From Salinispira sp. (lineage in GTDB: Bacteria > Spirochaetota > Spirochaetia > DSM-27196 > Salinispiraceae): 64,000 nucleotides of DNA. This document shows, piece by piece, positions 28,308 through 40,002 of the stretch (the stretch's first letter is position 1; every line of letters starts with the position of its first letter). The notes below the pieces were generated by a model, which was not told the DNA's origin, did not search any database, and saw only the letters and a list, made by a program, of their open reading frames with translations. The stretch covers positions 160,001 through 224,000 of the forward strand of contig CBDDDG010000022.1 in assembly GCA_965226555.1 (NCBI GenBank), read 5' to 3'. The translations under genes were made by a program, and so were the position numbers.

Positions 28308-30754
28308 GCGGTCTCCTTAAATAAGTAGGTAATAACTTCACTGATATCTTCCACGAAAATAAGCTTCAGAGATTTCGTAACTTCAGGAGGAAGTTTCTCA
28401 CAGTCCTTTTCATTGCCGGCAGGCAGCAGTACCTGAGTAAATTCATTCCGATGCGCCGCGAGAACCTTCTCTTTTATGCCTCCAACGGGTAAAATGCGGC
28501 CGGTAAGTGTTATTTCACCGGTCATGGCAGTAAATGTCTGAATGGCCTTTCCCGAGAATACCGAGAGAAGGGCAGCGGAGATGGTTATTCCTGCGCTTGG
28601 TCCGTCCTTGGGAATAGCGCCCTCCGGAACATGGACATGAATATCGGACTTTTGGATGGTGCTGAAATCCGATGCAATTTTTTTCTGCTCAATAATTTTA
28701 CGAACTACCGAAAGGCCAATGCGCGCGCTTTCCTTCATTACATCGCCAAGGCTTCCGGTGAGCGTCATTTTTCCTGTTCCGTCTTTGTTGAGAATAATTG
28801 CCTCTATGGGAAGAAGTTTACCCCCGAGTTCAGTCCATGCCATGCCGTACACCAGCCCGGGGGGATTCTCCTTGAAGAGGAGGTCAATATCGAATTTTCT
28901 TGTTCCGAGAAATTTCTTAATATCCCGCGGCCCGATCTGGTATTTAAATTCCGGTAATGCCGTCTCCGGTTTTTCAGCGGGGATCTTATCGGATACTGTA
29001 TCATTCTGGCGAAGCTGATGTTCATTCTGCGGACGGGGAGGAATTTTTCCTTCCTCTACTGCCTTTCGGGCAATTTTACGCACTGCTTTTGCTATTTCGC
29101 GTTCAAGGTTTCTCACTCCGCTTTCACGGGTATACTTGTCTATAATCGTTCCTATCGCATTTTTGCTGAATGAGATGTCTGCCCATTCAAGGCCGTGTTC
29201 ATTGAGTTGCTTGGGAATAATGAAGCCCTCGGCGATTTTCAGTTTTTCTATGCGGGTATAGCCGGGTATCTGAATAATTTCCATTCTATCGAGAAGGGGG
29301 TAGGGAATGCCGTGGAGGCTATTTGCAGTTGTAATAAAAAATACCCGTGAAAGATCTACCGGAATTTCCATGTAATGATCATGAAATTGCCTGTTCTGCT
29401 CCGGATCAAGCACTTCCAGAAGCGCTGAGGCGGGATCGCCCCGGTGATCCGTTCCCAGTTTGTCAATTTCATCGAGCAGGAACACAGGGTTGGAAGTTTC
29501 AGCGCGCTTCAGTCCCTGAACAATTTTTCCCGGAAGGGCGCCGACGTAGGTTCGCCGATGTCCCCGAATTTCCGCCTCATCGCGTATTCCGCCCAAGCTG
29601 ACACGGACAAATTTTCGCCCCATTGCCCTGGCCAGACTTTTGCCGAGGCTCGTTTTTCCGGTTCCCGGCGGTCCGACAAAGCAGAGAATAGGTCCCTTAA
29701 GGTTTTTATTCATCTGAAGAACTGCGAGGAAATCGAGTATTCTGTCCTTTGGTTCTTCCATATCGTAGTGATCTTCATTGAGAATTCTGTCTGCTTCTTC
29801 AATGCTGATAATATCCTCACTGTGCTTCATCCATGGGAGAGATGTAATCCATTCAAGATAACCGCGGAGAATTCCTGCTTCAGGGCTGATCGGCTGCAGC
29901 CGTTTAAGCCGTTTCAGCTCAGTATTTGCCTTGTCGTGTACCTCGGGTGGAAATTCTCTTTCACTGAGCAGGTGCTCAAACTCTTTTATACCGTCTGAAT
30001 CCTCATCCTTGCCAAGTTCCTTATTGAGTTCCTTTATCTGTTCATTAATAACAAATTCTCTGTGACTTTCATGCATGCGTTTTTTTACCCGCCGGCTGAT
30101 ATCTTCTTTCAGATTAAGGACATTCTTTTCAGATTCCAGTTCCAGCGCGAGATTATCCATACGATCCATAGTATTAAGATTGTTAAAAAATGACAGTTTT
30201 TTCTGGTAGGGCATATTGATATGAGCAAGAATTTGATCCATGAGATTATGCGGTTCATGTGAGTTGTCAACAGCCTGAAGCATTTCACGGGGAATACGCT
30301 TATTCTTGCCAGCAAAGGTTCTGAAATTTTCCTGCAGAGCCTTCATGCGTATTTTGACTTCGTCATTCAGATAATTATTGACAACGGCAATTTCACCAAA
30401 AGCTCTGAAATTCCCCTGCTCTTCTTCTATATGGCTCAGGTGGATTCTCTGCATGCCTTCCAGCAATACGCGGGAATTATTGTTCGGCAGCCGCAGCACC
30501 TGAACAATTCTTGCAAGTGTGGCATATTCATTGAGATTTTCAAGAACAAGACGAGTATCGCTGCCATTATAGTAGGCCAGTACAACAATACGCTTACTGC
30601 CCATTGCCTCTTCAATAGATTGAAGAGCGGCATTCCGCTGCACATACACGGGAGATGATGATTGCGGGAAGAGTACCATATCTTTTGTGGCAACCAGAGG
30701 AAATATTTTTTCCGGAGCCGGAGTTTTTTTTATTTTTGAAAATATCTTCATCAT
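28304..30754 (-). CDS. lon: Lon protease
   Basis: [48 protein letters not shown]. Confidence 0.97.
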   Translation of the reverse strand: MMKIFSKIKKTPAPEKIFPLVATKDMVLFPQSSSPVYVQRNAALQSIEEAMGSKRIVVLAYYNGSDTRLVLENLNEYATLARIVQVLRLPNNNSRVLLEGMQRIHLSHIEEEQGNFRAFGEIAVVNNYLNDEVKIRMKALQENFRTFAGKNKRIPREMLQAVDNSHEPHNLMDQILAHINMPYQKKLSFFNNLNTMDRMDNLALELESEKNVLNLKEDISRRVKKRMHESHREFVINEQIKELNKELGKDEDSDGIKEFEHLLSEREFPPEVHDKANTELKRLKRLQPISPEAGILRGYLEWITSLPWMKHSEDIISIEEADRILNEDHYDMEEPKDRILDFLAVLQMNKNLKGPILCFVGPPGTGKTSLGKSLARAMGRKFVRVSLGGIRDEAEIRGHRRTYVGALPGKIVQGLKRAETSNPVFLLDEIDKLGTDHRGDPASALLEVLDPEQNRQFHDHYMEIPVDLSRVFFITTANSLHGIPYPLLDRMEIIQIPGYTRIEKLKIAEGFIIPKQLNEHGLEWADISFSKNAIGTIIDKYTRESGVRNLEREIAKAVRKIARKAVEEGKIPPRPQNEHQLRQNDTVSDKIPAEKPETALPEFKYQIGPRDIKKFLGTRKFDIDLLFKENPPGLVYGMAWTELGGKLLPIEAIILNKDGTGKMTLTGSLGDVMKESARIGLSVVRKIIEQKKIASDFSTIQKSDIHVHVPEGAIPKDGPSAGITISAALLSVFSGKAIQTFTAMTGEITLTGRILPVGGIKEKVLAAHRNEFTQVLLPAGNEKDCEKLPPEVTKSLKLIFVEDISEVITYLFKETA

Positions 30755-30806
30755 CTGCCCCGCAGCTCTCAGTGCCTATTGCCTACATTCACATTAGAAT
30801 ACCTGT

Positions 30807-32063
30807 TCAGGCAGTTTTCTTCTGTCCGGTAATAATCTGCGCTTCCGTCGATGTATTAATTACCTCTTCGGAAACAATTACTTCTGTTACGTCTTTGAGA
30901 GAAGGAATTTCAAACATGGTTTCCAGCATTGCACCTTCAACAATTGCCCGGAGTCCACGGGCGCCGGTTTTGAGTTTAACCGCCATGGCGGCAATTGCCC
31001 GAATTGCATCATCGGTAAAGGTGAGCTTTATATTATCGAGACTGAGGCCTGCGGTGTACTGCCGGATAACAGAATTCTTCGGTTCCGTCAGAATGTTTAT
31101 CAGATCCTTTTCGTTCAGTTCATGTAATGCGACATGGATGGGCAGTCTGCCGATAAACTCGGGAATAAGGCCGAATTTAACCAGATCAGTGGGATGAAGT
31201 AAGCTGAAAAGAGAATCTGTTGTTTTATTGCGCGGGCGCGCATCTGTCTTAAAGCCAAGGGGATGTTCAAGCACCCTGTGTTCAATTATTTTGTCTAAGC
31301 CGACAAAGGAACCTCCGCATATGAATAAAATGTTGGTCGTATCAATCCGTATCAATTCCTGATTAGGATGCTTACGTCCCCCATTCGGAGGAACAGAGGC
31401 AACCGTACCCTCAATAATCTTGAGCAGGGACTGCTGCACCCCCTCGCCGCTGACATCGCGGGTAATGGAGACATTTTCGCTCTTTCTGCCAACCTTATCT
31501 ATTTCATCAATATAAATGATACCTCGTTCGGTGGCGGCAATGTTTTGTCCGGAGGCATGATACAATTTGAGAAGAATGTTCTCCACATCTTCCCCAACAT
31601 AACCGGCTTCCGTGAGTGTTGTGGCATCGGCAATTGCAAAGGGAATTTTGAGTTTCCGCGCCAGTGTTTTTGCCAGCAGGGTTTTACCGGTACCGGTCGG
31701 GCCGAGCAGGAGAACGTTGGACTTTTCTATTTCAACATCTTCCATCTCTCTCGATTCCTGACTAATTCTCTTATAATGGTTGTACACGGCGACCGAGAGA
31801 ACCTTTTTTGCCTGATCCTGGCCAATAAGATAGGTATCTAAGTAGGTCTTTATTTCCCGCGGGCTCGGTATATTCATGGAAAAGTCGGCAGTATTCTGAA
31901 TTTCTTCATTCAGAATGTTGCGGCATTCCTGTACGCAGTCATCGCAGATATATATTCCCGGCCGCAGCCCTGCAATGAGACGGTGAGCCAAATTTCCCGG
32001 TTTGCGGCAAAATGCGCAGGCGGCCTGGCTGCTTCCTTTTCGGTTACTTGTCTTTTTGTTCAT
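30807..32063 (-). CDS. clpX: ClpX ATPase
   Basis: C4 Zn finger, [35 protein letters not shown]. Confidence 0.97.
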   Translation of the reverse strand: MNKKTSNRKGSSQAACAFCRKPGNLAHRLIAGLRPGIYICDDCVQECRNILNEEIQNTADFSMNIPSPREIKTYLDTYLIGQDQAKKVLSVAVYNHYKRISQESREMEDVEIEKSNVLLLGPTGTGKTLLAKTLARKLKIPFAIADATTLTEAGYVGEDVENILLKLYHASGQNIAATERGIIYIDEIDKVGRKSENVSITRDVSGEGVQQSLLKIIEGTVASVPPNGGRKHPNQELIRIDTTNILFICGGSFVGLDKIIEHRVLEHPLGFKTDARPRNKTTDSLFSLLHPTDLVKFGLIPEFIGRLPIHVALHELNEKDLINILTEPKNSVIRQYTAGLSLDNIKLTFTDDAIRAIAAMAVKLKTGARGLRAIVEGAMLETMFEIPSLKDVTEVIVSEEVINTSTEAQIITGQKKTA

Positions 32064-32661
32064 CCCCACTCCGGCTCAATATGTTATCGACAATTCCGTA
32101 GTTCTGTCCCTCTTCGGCGCTCATGAAAAAATCTCTCTCCAGATCATTAACTATGGTATTTTGATTCTTACCTGTATGTTTAACAAATATGTCAATGATA
32201 AGGCTTTTCAATCGGATAATTTCACGGGCCTGAATTTCAATATCGCTCGCCTGTCCCTGCACTCCGCCCCAGGGCTGATGCAGGAGTATCCGTGAAGACG
32301 GGAGCGCCAAACGCTTCCCCGAGGTGCCGGAGGCAAGGAGGACGGCAGCCATGCTTGCTGCCTGACCCATGCATATGGTCTGAACATCGGAATGTATATA
32401 CTGTATGGTATCGTATATCGCAAGTCCGGCAGTAACCGAACCCCCGGGTGAATTAATGTATAGTGAGATATCTCTCTCCTGATCTTGGCTTTCAAGAAAG
32501 AGGAGCTGAGCCACCACAATATCAGCATTAATATCGTGTATTTCACCATCAATAAAAATTATCCGATCCTTGAGAAGTCGGCTGTAAATATCATAGCTGC
32601 GTTCACCAATACCTGTTTGTTCAATAACAACGGGAACAAGGTTATTATTTTGTACGTTCAT
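32044..32661 (-). CDS. clpP: ClpP protease
   Basis: [38 protein letters not shown]. Confidence 0.97.
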   Translation of the reverse strand: MNVQNNNLVPVVIEQTGIGERSYDIYSRLLKDRIIFIDGEIHDINADIVVAQLLFLESQDQERDISLYINSPGGSVTAGLAIYDTIQYIHSDVQTICMGQAASMAAVLLASGTSGKRLALPSSRILLHQPWGGVQGQASDIEIQAREIIRLKSLIIDIFVKHTGKNQNTIVNDLERDFFMSAEEGQNYGIVDNILSRSGDEQKDK

Positions 32662-32673
32662 ATGCCTCCCCAT

Positions 32674-34107
32674 TTATGCAAAAGTTTCTACAAACTCAAT
32701 GTATTTTATTTTTTTTCCTTTTTTAACGGTATTTTCTTCAAGAAGTTGATTAATCAGCCTGTCTTCCGCAATAGCATGCCTGAGATATTCAAATAAGTTG
32801 CTTTTTTTATAATACTCATACATGTTTTCTTCCGATGTATTATTGTCGGCCGCAAGTTTCTGTATTTTTTCATTCATATCATCCTCGCCCACATGTATGT
32901 TACGGTCTTCAATGAGTTTCTGAACAACAAGCTGAAACTTGAGAGTCTGCTCGGCCTTCGGCCGCCATTCGGAAAGCAGATCATCCCTTTTCGTATTCTG
33001 CGCGCTGAGAAGCAGTTCCACCGTCTTTTCATGTCCACCGCTTTCCTGCACAAGGCTCTGCCATCTGCTTTGCAGTTCGGCAGCTACCATACTTTCGGGA
33101 AGTATAATGGGGTTTTCCGCAATAATTTTTTCAAGCAGAAGATTCTTTTTCACCTGCTTCAGGCGCTTATTCTTTGTTTTATTCAGCTGTTTGGCAATAC
33201 CCTTTTTGAGATCGCGAAGGGTTTTGTACTGCTCATCAATATCCTGAGCGAATTCATTGTCGAGGTTGGGAAGATCCCGTATCTTGCGTTTGGCAACCTT
33301 CACCCATAGTGTCTTTTTCTGTTCCGCAGGTTCCTCGGTTTCTGCAGGTTCCTCGGTATTACTTTCCTTATCGTTCTCCCCTGAGGGGGTTGTTGATGGG
33401 GCGGCGGTAGGGGCGGAGGGGCTCGCGGGGGCGGGGATAATTTTTTCGCATATTTTTTCCTGGTTCACTTCCATGCCGATCAGATCATCATCGAGGTTGA
33501 AAGGGGTCTGCCCCGAAGTAGTGCTAAGGGTATAGTCTTCACGCCGAGAATTGGGGATCTCATTTCCCGCATCATCAAGTTCGCAGTAATGTATGGTAAC
33601 AACATTTCCCGCTTCAACCTTTCCGTCTGTTTTTTCAACAACAAGGGCATTCTGCTGCCGGAGGTGCTCAAGTTCTTTTTTTACCGCATCTCTGCCAACA
33701 TTCACCCGAGGTACTTCAATTTTGAAACCGGTGAGTGTTTCAATCGTAAATTCGGGAAAAATGTCATAACTTACCGTGTAGGAAAGGGGTTTTCCCGGCT
33801 GAAAATTGGGGGTGCCTTCGAGCCGGGGAGGGGCAAAGGAAAGAGGTTTTTCGTCAATTTCTTCATAAATTGTTTTGAGGCTTTCCTCAATAAGTTTTCG
33901 GGCAGTATCCATACGTATGGCCTCGCCAAATTTCTGTTCCAATACCTGAGGAGGAACCTTACCGGGTCGGAAGCCTTTTATGCGCGCTTTTTTCGCATAT
34001 TCCCGCAGTACGCTGTCGTACTCTTTTTCGGCTTCTTTCCGATCAAGAGTTACCAAAAGACGCACACGGCTTTTATCAAGTTTTTCAATTTTTCTTGATG
34101 TAATCAT
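32674..34107 (-). CDS. tig: trigger factor
   Basis: IKGFRPGKVP ribosome-binding motif; upstream of clpP-clpX-lon. Confidence 0.95.
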   Translation of the reverse strand: MITSRKIEKLDKSRVRLLVTLDRKEAEKEYDSVLREYAKKARIKGFRPGKVPPQVLEQKFGEAIRMDTARKLIEESLKTIYEEIDEKPLSFAPPRLEGTPNFQPGKPLSYTVSYDIFPEFTIETLTGFKIEVPRVNVGRDAVKKELEHLRQQNALVVEKTDGKVEAGNVVTIHYCELDDAGNEIPNSRREDYTLSTTSGQTPFNLDDDLIGMEVNQEKICEKIIPAPASPSAPTAAPSTTPSGENDKESNTEEPAETEEPAEQKKTLWVKVAKRKIRDLPNLDNEFAQDIDEQYKTLRDLKKGIAKQLNKTKNKRLKQVKKNLLLEKIIAENPIILPESMVAAELQSRWQSLVQESGGHEKTVELLLSAQNTKRDDLLSEWRPKAEQTLKFQLVVQKLIEDRNIHVGEDDMNEKIQKLAADNNTSEENMYEYYKKSNLFEYLRHAIAEDRLINQLLEENTVKKGKKIKYIEFVETFA

Positions 34108-34237
34108 ATATAAATCTCCGATACCATATCCATCAATCCTGACATCAGCGGTAAACTTTCAGAAAAAAAGCGATCCGGAAAAACCAGATCGCCTGAACCC
34201 GGAGAGCACTCCAAGCTACCCCTCAATTCTGTTAGAA

Positions 34238-34309
34238 AGCGGGAGACGAGATTCGAACTCGCGACAGCTACCTTGGCAAGGTAGAGCTCTACCACTGAGC
34301 TACTCCCGC
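34238..34309 (-). tRNA. tRNA-Gly(GCC)
   Basis: GCGGGAGTAGCTCAGTGGTAGAGC-CTACCTTGCCAAGGTAG-...GTTCGAATC cloverleaf; CCA not encoded. Confidence 0.96.
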
Positions 34310-34336
34310 ATAATTACCGGCAGAAATATTGGCGGA

Positions 34337-34418
<82 letters not shown>

Positions 34419-34691
34419 AGGAACTGCGATATACAAACCATTCTACAGAGATAGAATATATTGTCAAGTCTGTATCCCTATTTTTCACATGAGAATTGAT
34501 ATTCTTCCCAAAATGTATTATGTTGCAGCAAAACTTTGTTCAGGCAAAATTTTATGTATGCACAATTTTTCCCTTGGACATGTTTTCTAAAACTGATATT
34601 ATGTAGCAACCCCAGAAATAATGGCGGACGCCGTCAGAATTTTTCTGAGAAAAATAATCGATATTAGCCATTTTAGGAGGCAAAATATATG

Positions 34692-36033
34692 AGAAACTTT
34701 TGAATAACTCCATTATATCTGCCGGTAGTCTTTTTTCCACGCAGAAAAAATTATTCATCGTTTTTCACGTTATTCTCTTCAGCATCCTCCGTCTTTTTTC
34801 GGCGCGATACGCGCTATATTCGTTCTTTTTTTCATCTTTTTTCATTATTTCCCTCATTTCCGGCAGCAGTACCGCCATAAGGGCACAGCTATCCTGTTGT
34901 TATGCCGCAACCGCAGAGTTTTCCGGCGCCATGTTCCCCATTCGCCGTTTCATGCCGATCATCTGTTTCAGATTATACATAATCGCCATACACATAAACC
35001 GACTCTGATTCCTCTGAACTCCCATATACCGCGCCTTTCTTGCGCCGCAATGGAGTTTGCTCAGCCCAAAAAACCGCTCCACCGTATTCCTTACGCGCGA
35101 CCGCCCGTAATTCGCCTGCTTCTGTTCATCGGTTAACGGTATGTTCCGATACGCCCGCTCATGTATTTGATTCTCTATGCCCATCTCCTCAAGCATCGCA
35201 GCAATCGCTTTACTCCGGTACGCGGCATCCGCGTACACCACCGTCTCATTTCCCATAATCAATTCGCCAAATAGTTTGCTGTCATGAATATTGGCCGCAG
35301 TCACCAGCAGTTTCTTCGCCCGTCCCTTCTCATTTACCGTCACGTGTATCTTGAAACCGTAGGTTGTTCGTACCGTTCCATCGCCTCCCCTCTTACTCGC
35401 GTAGGCCGCTTCAGGATCCTGTGTCGATTCTCCTGCGTCATTTTTTTTCTTCCGATGCCGCGAAGCCTGTATGACACTCGCATCAATTATGCTGACTGTG
35501 CCCCGGTGCACTTCACAATCCTGCGTGTCCAACTGCGCATTCACCGTGTCCAAGAGCGCACTAAGAATATTCTTACGGGTCAGTTGTTCCCGAAACCGCC
35601 ATATCGTGGAATGATCGGGAGTATCATCGAGAACATTGAGCCCCACAAAACGCTTGTATGCCAAGTCGCAGGCAAGAGCATTTTCCATGCCTTCATCGCT
35701 GAGATTCTGCCACGATTGCAGCAACAGCACTTTGAACATCATAACCGGATGATATCCTTTCGCTCCCATCGATTTGTTGTTGATAGCACAGAGCATCTCC
35801 CCAATTTCCTTCCAATTGATCAGTTCATACAGGCTATCGAAGCGTTTCAGCGCTTTACTTTCCTGAATACCCTGATTGATCAGCGATCCATGATGTTCTT
35901 TCCAATTATTTCCCATTGTGTTCTCCTGTTTCAGCGCCGGACAGCGCGCAATACAACCCGATTGCTCATTCCCAGCTCTCTGTGTGAATTTTCCTCAGAA
36001 TACCATTATTCCCGATGATGTGCAAAGGTTTCT
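34692..36033 (-). mobile_element. IS5-family insertion sequence (about 1342 bp)
   Basis: Imperfect IRs AGAAACTTTTGAATA / AGAAACCTTTGCACA (reverse complement); flanked by a duplicated (T)ATG. Exact ends are uncertain by about 1 nt. Confidence 0.8.
34900..35916 (-). CDS. IS5-family transposase
   Basis: MFKVLLLQSWQNLSD, PDHSTIWRFR, IIDASVI, DPEA, YGFKIH, TAANIHDS, YADAAY, RNTVERFFG. Confidence 0.95.
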   Translation of the reverse strand: MGNNWKEHHGSLINQGIQESKALKRFDSLYELINWKEIGEMLCAINNKSMGAKGYHPVMMFKVLLLQSWQNLSDEGMENALACDLAYKRFVGLNVLDDTPDHSTIWRFREQLTRKNILSALLDTVNAQLDTQDCEVHRGTVSIIDASVIQASRHRKKKNDAGESTQDPEAAYASKRGGDGTVRTTYGFKIHVTVNEKGRAKKLLVTAANIHDSKLFGELIMGNETVVYADAAYRSKAIAAMLEEMGIENQIHERAYRNIPLTDEQKQANYGRSRVRNTVERFFGLSKLHCGARKARYMGVQRNQSRFMCMAIMYNLKQMIGMKRRMGNMAPENSAVAA

Positions 36034-38292
36034 ATGAGAATCTCATTATACAAAGGAACAATCTTTTTCATTTTCTGCGCAATGTGTATTGTATTGATTT
36101 CTACATGCCCACTGCCGGAACCAACCCCGGAACCCAAGCCGGCTGCGGAACCAACCGCGGAACTAACCGCGCCGTCTGCCATGTCGGCGCCGGAGCTTGC
36201 CGCAAGGAATAATTCGCTTGCTGTTACGTGGAGCCCGCCGACCAATAACGGCGGCAGCGACATTATTGGCTACAACCTGCGCCACCGCGCGGAGGGAAGT
36301 CCAGCAGAAAACGCGGAAGAAAATGCGGAGCGGACAGAGCTCAGCTACGGTATTATCGGCGCTGGCTACACCATTGGCGAACTGACAAACGGAATTGTCT
36401 ACGAAGTGCAGATGCGCGCAGTCAACGCTCAGAGAACTGGGCCATGGTCGGAATCGGCGGCATTGGCGCCCGCGCATGTTCCCGGAGCGCCTGCCCCTCC
36501 CGCGCTTGAAGCGAACAACACAGCGCTTACTGTTACATGGAAGGCCCCGCCGGACATTGGCGGCAGCGACATTACCGCCTACGACCTGCGCTACCGCGAG
36601 TCCCGCGATGCGGGCAATGCCGAATGGACGGAAATTGAATGGGCGAAAATTATCGAAGGCATTACCCCCGCCCCCGGTATTACTGACACACACTACACCA
36701 TTGGCAGCGGACTGACAAACGGGCTCATGTACGAAGTGCAGGCGCGCGCCATAAACGGTGAGGGAACTGGGCCGTGGTCGGAATCGGCAGTATTGGCGCC
36801 TGCCACTGTTCCCGGCGCGCCAGATGTAACCCTCGAAGCGAACGATAGGGAACTTGTTGCGACATGGACGGTTACTGATGACGGCGGCAACGCCATTAGC
36901 GCCTACAACCTGCGCTACCGCGAAACAGTGGGAGAAGGAGAAGAACCCGTGGAATGGACGGAGCTCAGCATTATTGGTACAAGCTACACCTTCACAGGCC
37001 TCACAAACGGCGCCGAGTACGAGGCGGGCATACAAGCCATTAACGCTCAGGGAACCGGCAGCTGGTCTGCGGCAGTAGCCGGCACCCCATGGTACTTCCC
37101 CCTACAGGAAGAAATTACGGCTTCCGATGCGGCTGAGCGCGACCAATTTGGAGCCAGTGTCGCTATTGATGGGAATACCGCAATTGTCGGCGCGCCATTT
37201 ACTGATGATGCTGGGAGCAAGTCCGGCAGCGCCTACGTTTTTACCCGAGGAAGCGATGAACTGTGGCGCCAGCATGATAAGATGCTTGCTCCCGACGCGG
37301 CTTCGGGCGATCAATTTGGAATCAGTGTCGCTATTTATGAGAATACCGCAATTGTCGGCGCGCTGTTTGATGATACTACTGCTACTGACGGAGATAATAT
37401 GGAAATTACCCTCGCAGATTCCGGCAGCGCGTACATATTCACCAAGGGGAGTACTGGCAACTGGAGCCAGCAGGCGAAACTCACTGCAACTGACGCTGCT
37501 ACGGGTGATTACTTTGGAACCAGTGTCGCTATTTATGAGAATACGGTAATTGTCGGAGCGTATGGCTACGATGATACGATGGGTACTATAACAAATGCCG
37601 GCGCCGCATACATTTTTATCCGAGACAGCAATGGCAACTGGAGCCAGCAGGCAAAACTTGTCGCAGATGATGTTGCTGCGGGTGATAACTTTGGATACAG
37701 TGTCGCTATTTATGGGAATACGGTAATTGTCGGAGCGCCGTATGCAAATAATGAGGGGAATTCAAATTCTGGAAGCGCATACACTTTTACCCGAAACAGC
37801 AATGGCCAATGGAACCAGCCGACAAAACTCGCAATTACCGCGGTTTCCGGAGATAATTTTGGAACCAGTGTCGCTATTTATGGGAATACGATAATGGTTG
37901 GCATTCCTGGCGCAGATAGTGATAGAGGCGCTATACGGATATATCGCCGGAACGGGACGACTTGGGAGGATATTCATGGCAGCATATCCGCACATGACCA
38001 GAGTAATAACTTTGGAAACAGTGTCGCTATTCATGGAAACACCGCAATTGTCGGCGCATATAGGAATGATGCTGCCGGAGTCGACTCCGTCAGCGCCTAC
38101 GTTTATACCCGAGGAAGCGATGGTGTGTGGCGCCAGCATGATAAGATGCTTGCTCCCGATGCGGCTGCAGGTGATAACTTTGGATACAGTGTTGCCTTCG
38201 ATGGAGAGACGGCAATTGTCGGAGCGTCATTTACTGATGATGCTGGGAGCAAGTCCGGCAGCGCCTATCTCTTTTCCCAGCGCGAGCAGTAG
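36034..38292 (+). CDS. exported/lipoprotein with 3 fibronectin type III domains and 7 FG-GAP-like repeats
   Basis: Signal ending LISTC; three VTW..P...GGSDI..Y.LR...LTNG..YEVQ.RA.N..G.GPWS units; seven D.FG.SVAI.GNT.IVGA repeats. Confidence 0.88.
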   Translation: MRISLYKGTIFFIFCAMCIVLISTCPLPEPTPEPKPAAEPTAELTAPSAMSAPELAARNNSLAVTWSPPTNNGGSDIIGYNLRHRAEGSPAENAEENAERTELSYGIIGAGYTIGELTNGIVYEVQMRAVNAQRTGPWSESAALAPAHVPGAPAPPALEANNTALTVTWKAPPDIGGSDITAYDLRYRESRDAGNAEWTEIEWAKIIEGITPAPGITDTHYTIGSGLTNGLMYEVQARAINGEGTGPWSESAVLAPATVPGAPDVTLEANDRELVATWTVTDDGGNAISAYNLRYRETVGEGEEPVEWTELSIIGTSYTFTGLTNGAEYEAGIQAINAQGTGSWSAAVAGTPWYFPLQEEITASDAAERDQFGASVAIDGNTAIVGAPFTDDAGSKSGSAYVFTRGSDELWRQHDKMLAPDAASGDQFGISVAIYENTAIVGALFDDTTATDGDNMEITLADSGSAYIFTKGSTGNWSQQAKLTATDAATGDYFGTSVAIYENTVIVGAYGYDDTMGTITNAGAAYIFIRDSNGNWSQQAKLVADDVAAGDNFGYSVAIYGNTVIVGAPYANNEGNSNSGSAYTFTRNSNGQWNQPTKLAITAVSGDNFGTSVAIYGNTIMVGIPGADSDRGAIRIYRRNGTTWEDIHGSISAHDQSNNFGNSVAIHGNTAIVGAYRNDAAGVDSVSAYVYTRGSDGVWRQHDKMLAPDAAAGDNFGYSVAFDGETAIVGASFTDDAGSKSGSAYLFSQREQ

Positions 38293-38379
38293 GATCAGTA
38301 GGCGGATTCAATGGCGATCTTGAGGAGTGGAAGGATCATTGGACGCTTGCTGCCGGGACGCTCAATTCCGCCGGCAAAT

Positions 38380-38536
38380 ATACCGGAAACAAAACAAATA
38401 TGCTTTTGAAAATCCCCGGATATTCCGGGACTTCATCCGTTCATATTTCAATACGGATCTCGCGCTGAGCATTGTTCCCGGGAGTATAGAGAGCATCAAA
38501 ACAGAGCATACCAGCCCCCCATTCCTGTCTCCCTGA
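38380..38536 (+). pseudogene. short remnant resembling an Rpn (Transposase_31) N-terminus
   Basis: KYAFENPRIFRDFIRSYF...SIESIKTEH parallels RSLLFQPAIMLQFLQRFV...DITIENGTF of the adjacent gene. Confidence 0.4.
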
Positions 38537-38683
38537 AAAAAACACACATTTTGCAAAATTCTTTCCACATACACAGTCAAAAATGACCGTTTACCCGTCA
38601 CAGATATAGAGGAGAGAATTCACCATGGGACCATGTCGCCATGGGAGCTCCCCTATTCAGAAAAAAACGTTCAGGAGGATTAT

Positions 38684-39760
38684 ATGATCGATTTCAAAGA
38701 AAAACCCGCCCCCGTTCCCTACGACCAAGGATACCGCTCCCTGCTGTTCCAACCCGCAATAATGCTCCAATTTCTTCAACGCTTTGTCGGAGGCGCATGG
38801 ACGAAAAAACTCCGCCGTGAAGACATAACCATCGAAAACGGCACATTTTTCATTGACCATGCGAAAACACGAATGGCCGACATTGTCTGCAAAATCAGGA
38901 GTCGGGATCACACGGGAAATGTTGCTATCTATGTGCTCCTTGAGCATCAGTCTGGAGTGGACAAAGACATGCCCCTCCGCATGTCGGAGTATACGAATCT
39001 GCTCTATCGGAACATTCACCGCTCCGGCGCAATTCCCGATGACTGCGAGGTGGTATTTCTGCCCATTGTGTTCTATAATGGAACGCGAAAATGGAAGGTA
39101 CCCGGGAATGTCAGAGAGCAGAACACGCGGGAATTCCCGCAGTATCTTGCCCCCTTTCCCTACGATCTGATAAGTGAGAGCGATTATTCTGCGGAGCAGC
39201 TGCAGCAGCGGGGAAGAATGTTTGCGGCTGTTATGTACCTTGATCTGTACTCGAAAAATCTGCTGAATACGGATTGGGACATTCGGAAGGTGGAGAAAGC
39301 GATAGCAGAAATGCTGAATGAGGAATCGCTGGAGCTGATAAAGGAATTTATCGGCGTGGTAGATTCGATGTTCGGAATTGTTATAGACTTTGACACGCTA
39401 ATGAACAGATTAGAAAGAACAAAAGAACCGAGAGGTAAGGAGGTAGCGAAAATGTTCAGAATGAATGCGGAAACATTCAAAGCGCGCATTGCGGAAATGG
39501 GTCGGCAGGAAGGACTTCAGACAGGATTGCGAACAGGTCGTGAAGAAGGACTTCAGACAGGACTGCGAACAGGTCGTGAAGAAGGACTTCAGAAGGGGCT
39601 ACAGAAGGGGCTACAGGCAGGTCGCGCGGAGGGGCATATTGAGGAGCGGAGAAAAAACGCCCGCAGTATGTTTTTGGAAGGGTTGTCGACAGAGGCTGTT
39701 CAGAGGATTACCGGGCTGAGCGATGAGGAAATGCGGGCATTGCGGAACGGATCGCATTAA
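38684..39760 (+). CDS. Rpn/YhgA-like PD-(D/E)xK recombination-promoting nuclease
   Basis: YDQGYR, RMADIV, YVLLEHQS..DKDMPLRM.EY, PIVFYNG..KW; C-terminal GREEGLQ repeats and ITGLS HTH. Confidence 0.92.
   Translation: MIDFKEKPAPVPYDQGYRSLLFQPAIMLQFLQRFVGGAWTKKLRREDITIENGTFFIDHAKTRMADIVCKIRSRDHTGNVAIYVLLEHQSGVDKDMPLRMSEYTNLLYRNIHRSGAIPDDCEVVFLPIVFYNGTRKWKVPGNVREQNTREFPQYLAPFPYDLISESDYSAEQLQQRGRMFAAVMYLDLYSKNLLNTDWDIRKVEKAIAEMLNEESLELIKEFIGVVDSMFGIVIDFDTLMNRLERTKEPRGKEVAKMFRMNAETFKARIAEMGRQEGLQTGLRTGREEGLQTGLRTGREEGLQKGLQKGLQAGRAEGHIEERRKNARSMFLEGLSTEAVQRITGLSDEEMRALRNGSH
39452..39760 (+). CDS. putative internally initiated small C-terminal protein (RpnS-like antitoxin), 102 aa
   Basis: AAGGAGGT 7 nt upstream of the in-frame ATG at 39452, just before the repeat/HTH tail. 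Confidence 0.65.
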   Translation: MFRMNAETFKARIAEMGRQEGLQTGLRTGREEGLQTGLRTGREEGLQKGLQKGLQAGRAEGHIEERRKNARSMFLEGLSTEAVQRITGLSDEEMRALRNGSH

Positions 39761-39768
39761 TTGGCCGT

Positions 39769-39862
39769 GCTCGCCAAGCATCCGGGCTGGTCGGCGTTGT
39801 ACGCCTGCTCGCCATGTCTCCGGGCTGGTCGGCGTTGCACGCCTGCTCGCCATGCCTCCGGG
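39769..39862. repeat. GC-rich tandem repeat of about 37-38 bp (about 2.5 units)
   Basis: TGCTCGCCA..(C)TCCGGGCTGGTCGGCGTTG(T/C)ACGCC repeated. Confidence 0.8.
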
Positions 39863-40002
39863 GCGATTAGTGGGGAAGTTCTGTTTTGCAAAATCTTCAT
39901 GTAGTGGATTAATGGATACATGTGTAGTAGAATGTAACAAAGTACAGACATTCCGAATTTCTGATTATACACTTCCGGCGGCGCCGGAAGAGAGGAGCTG
40001 TT

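Noticed and set aside
39769..39862. Possible mini-CRISPR next to the Rpn nuclease
   Set aside because: Contiguous tandem units without spacers.
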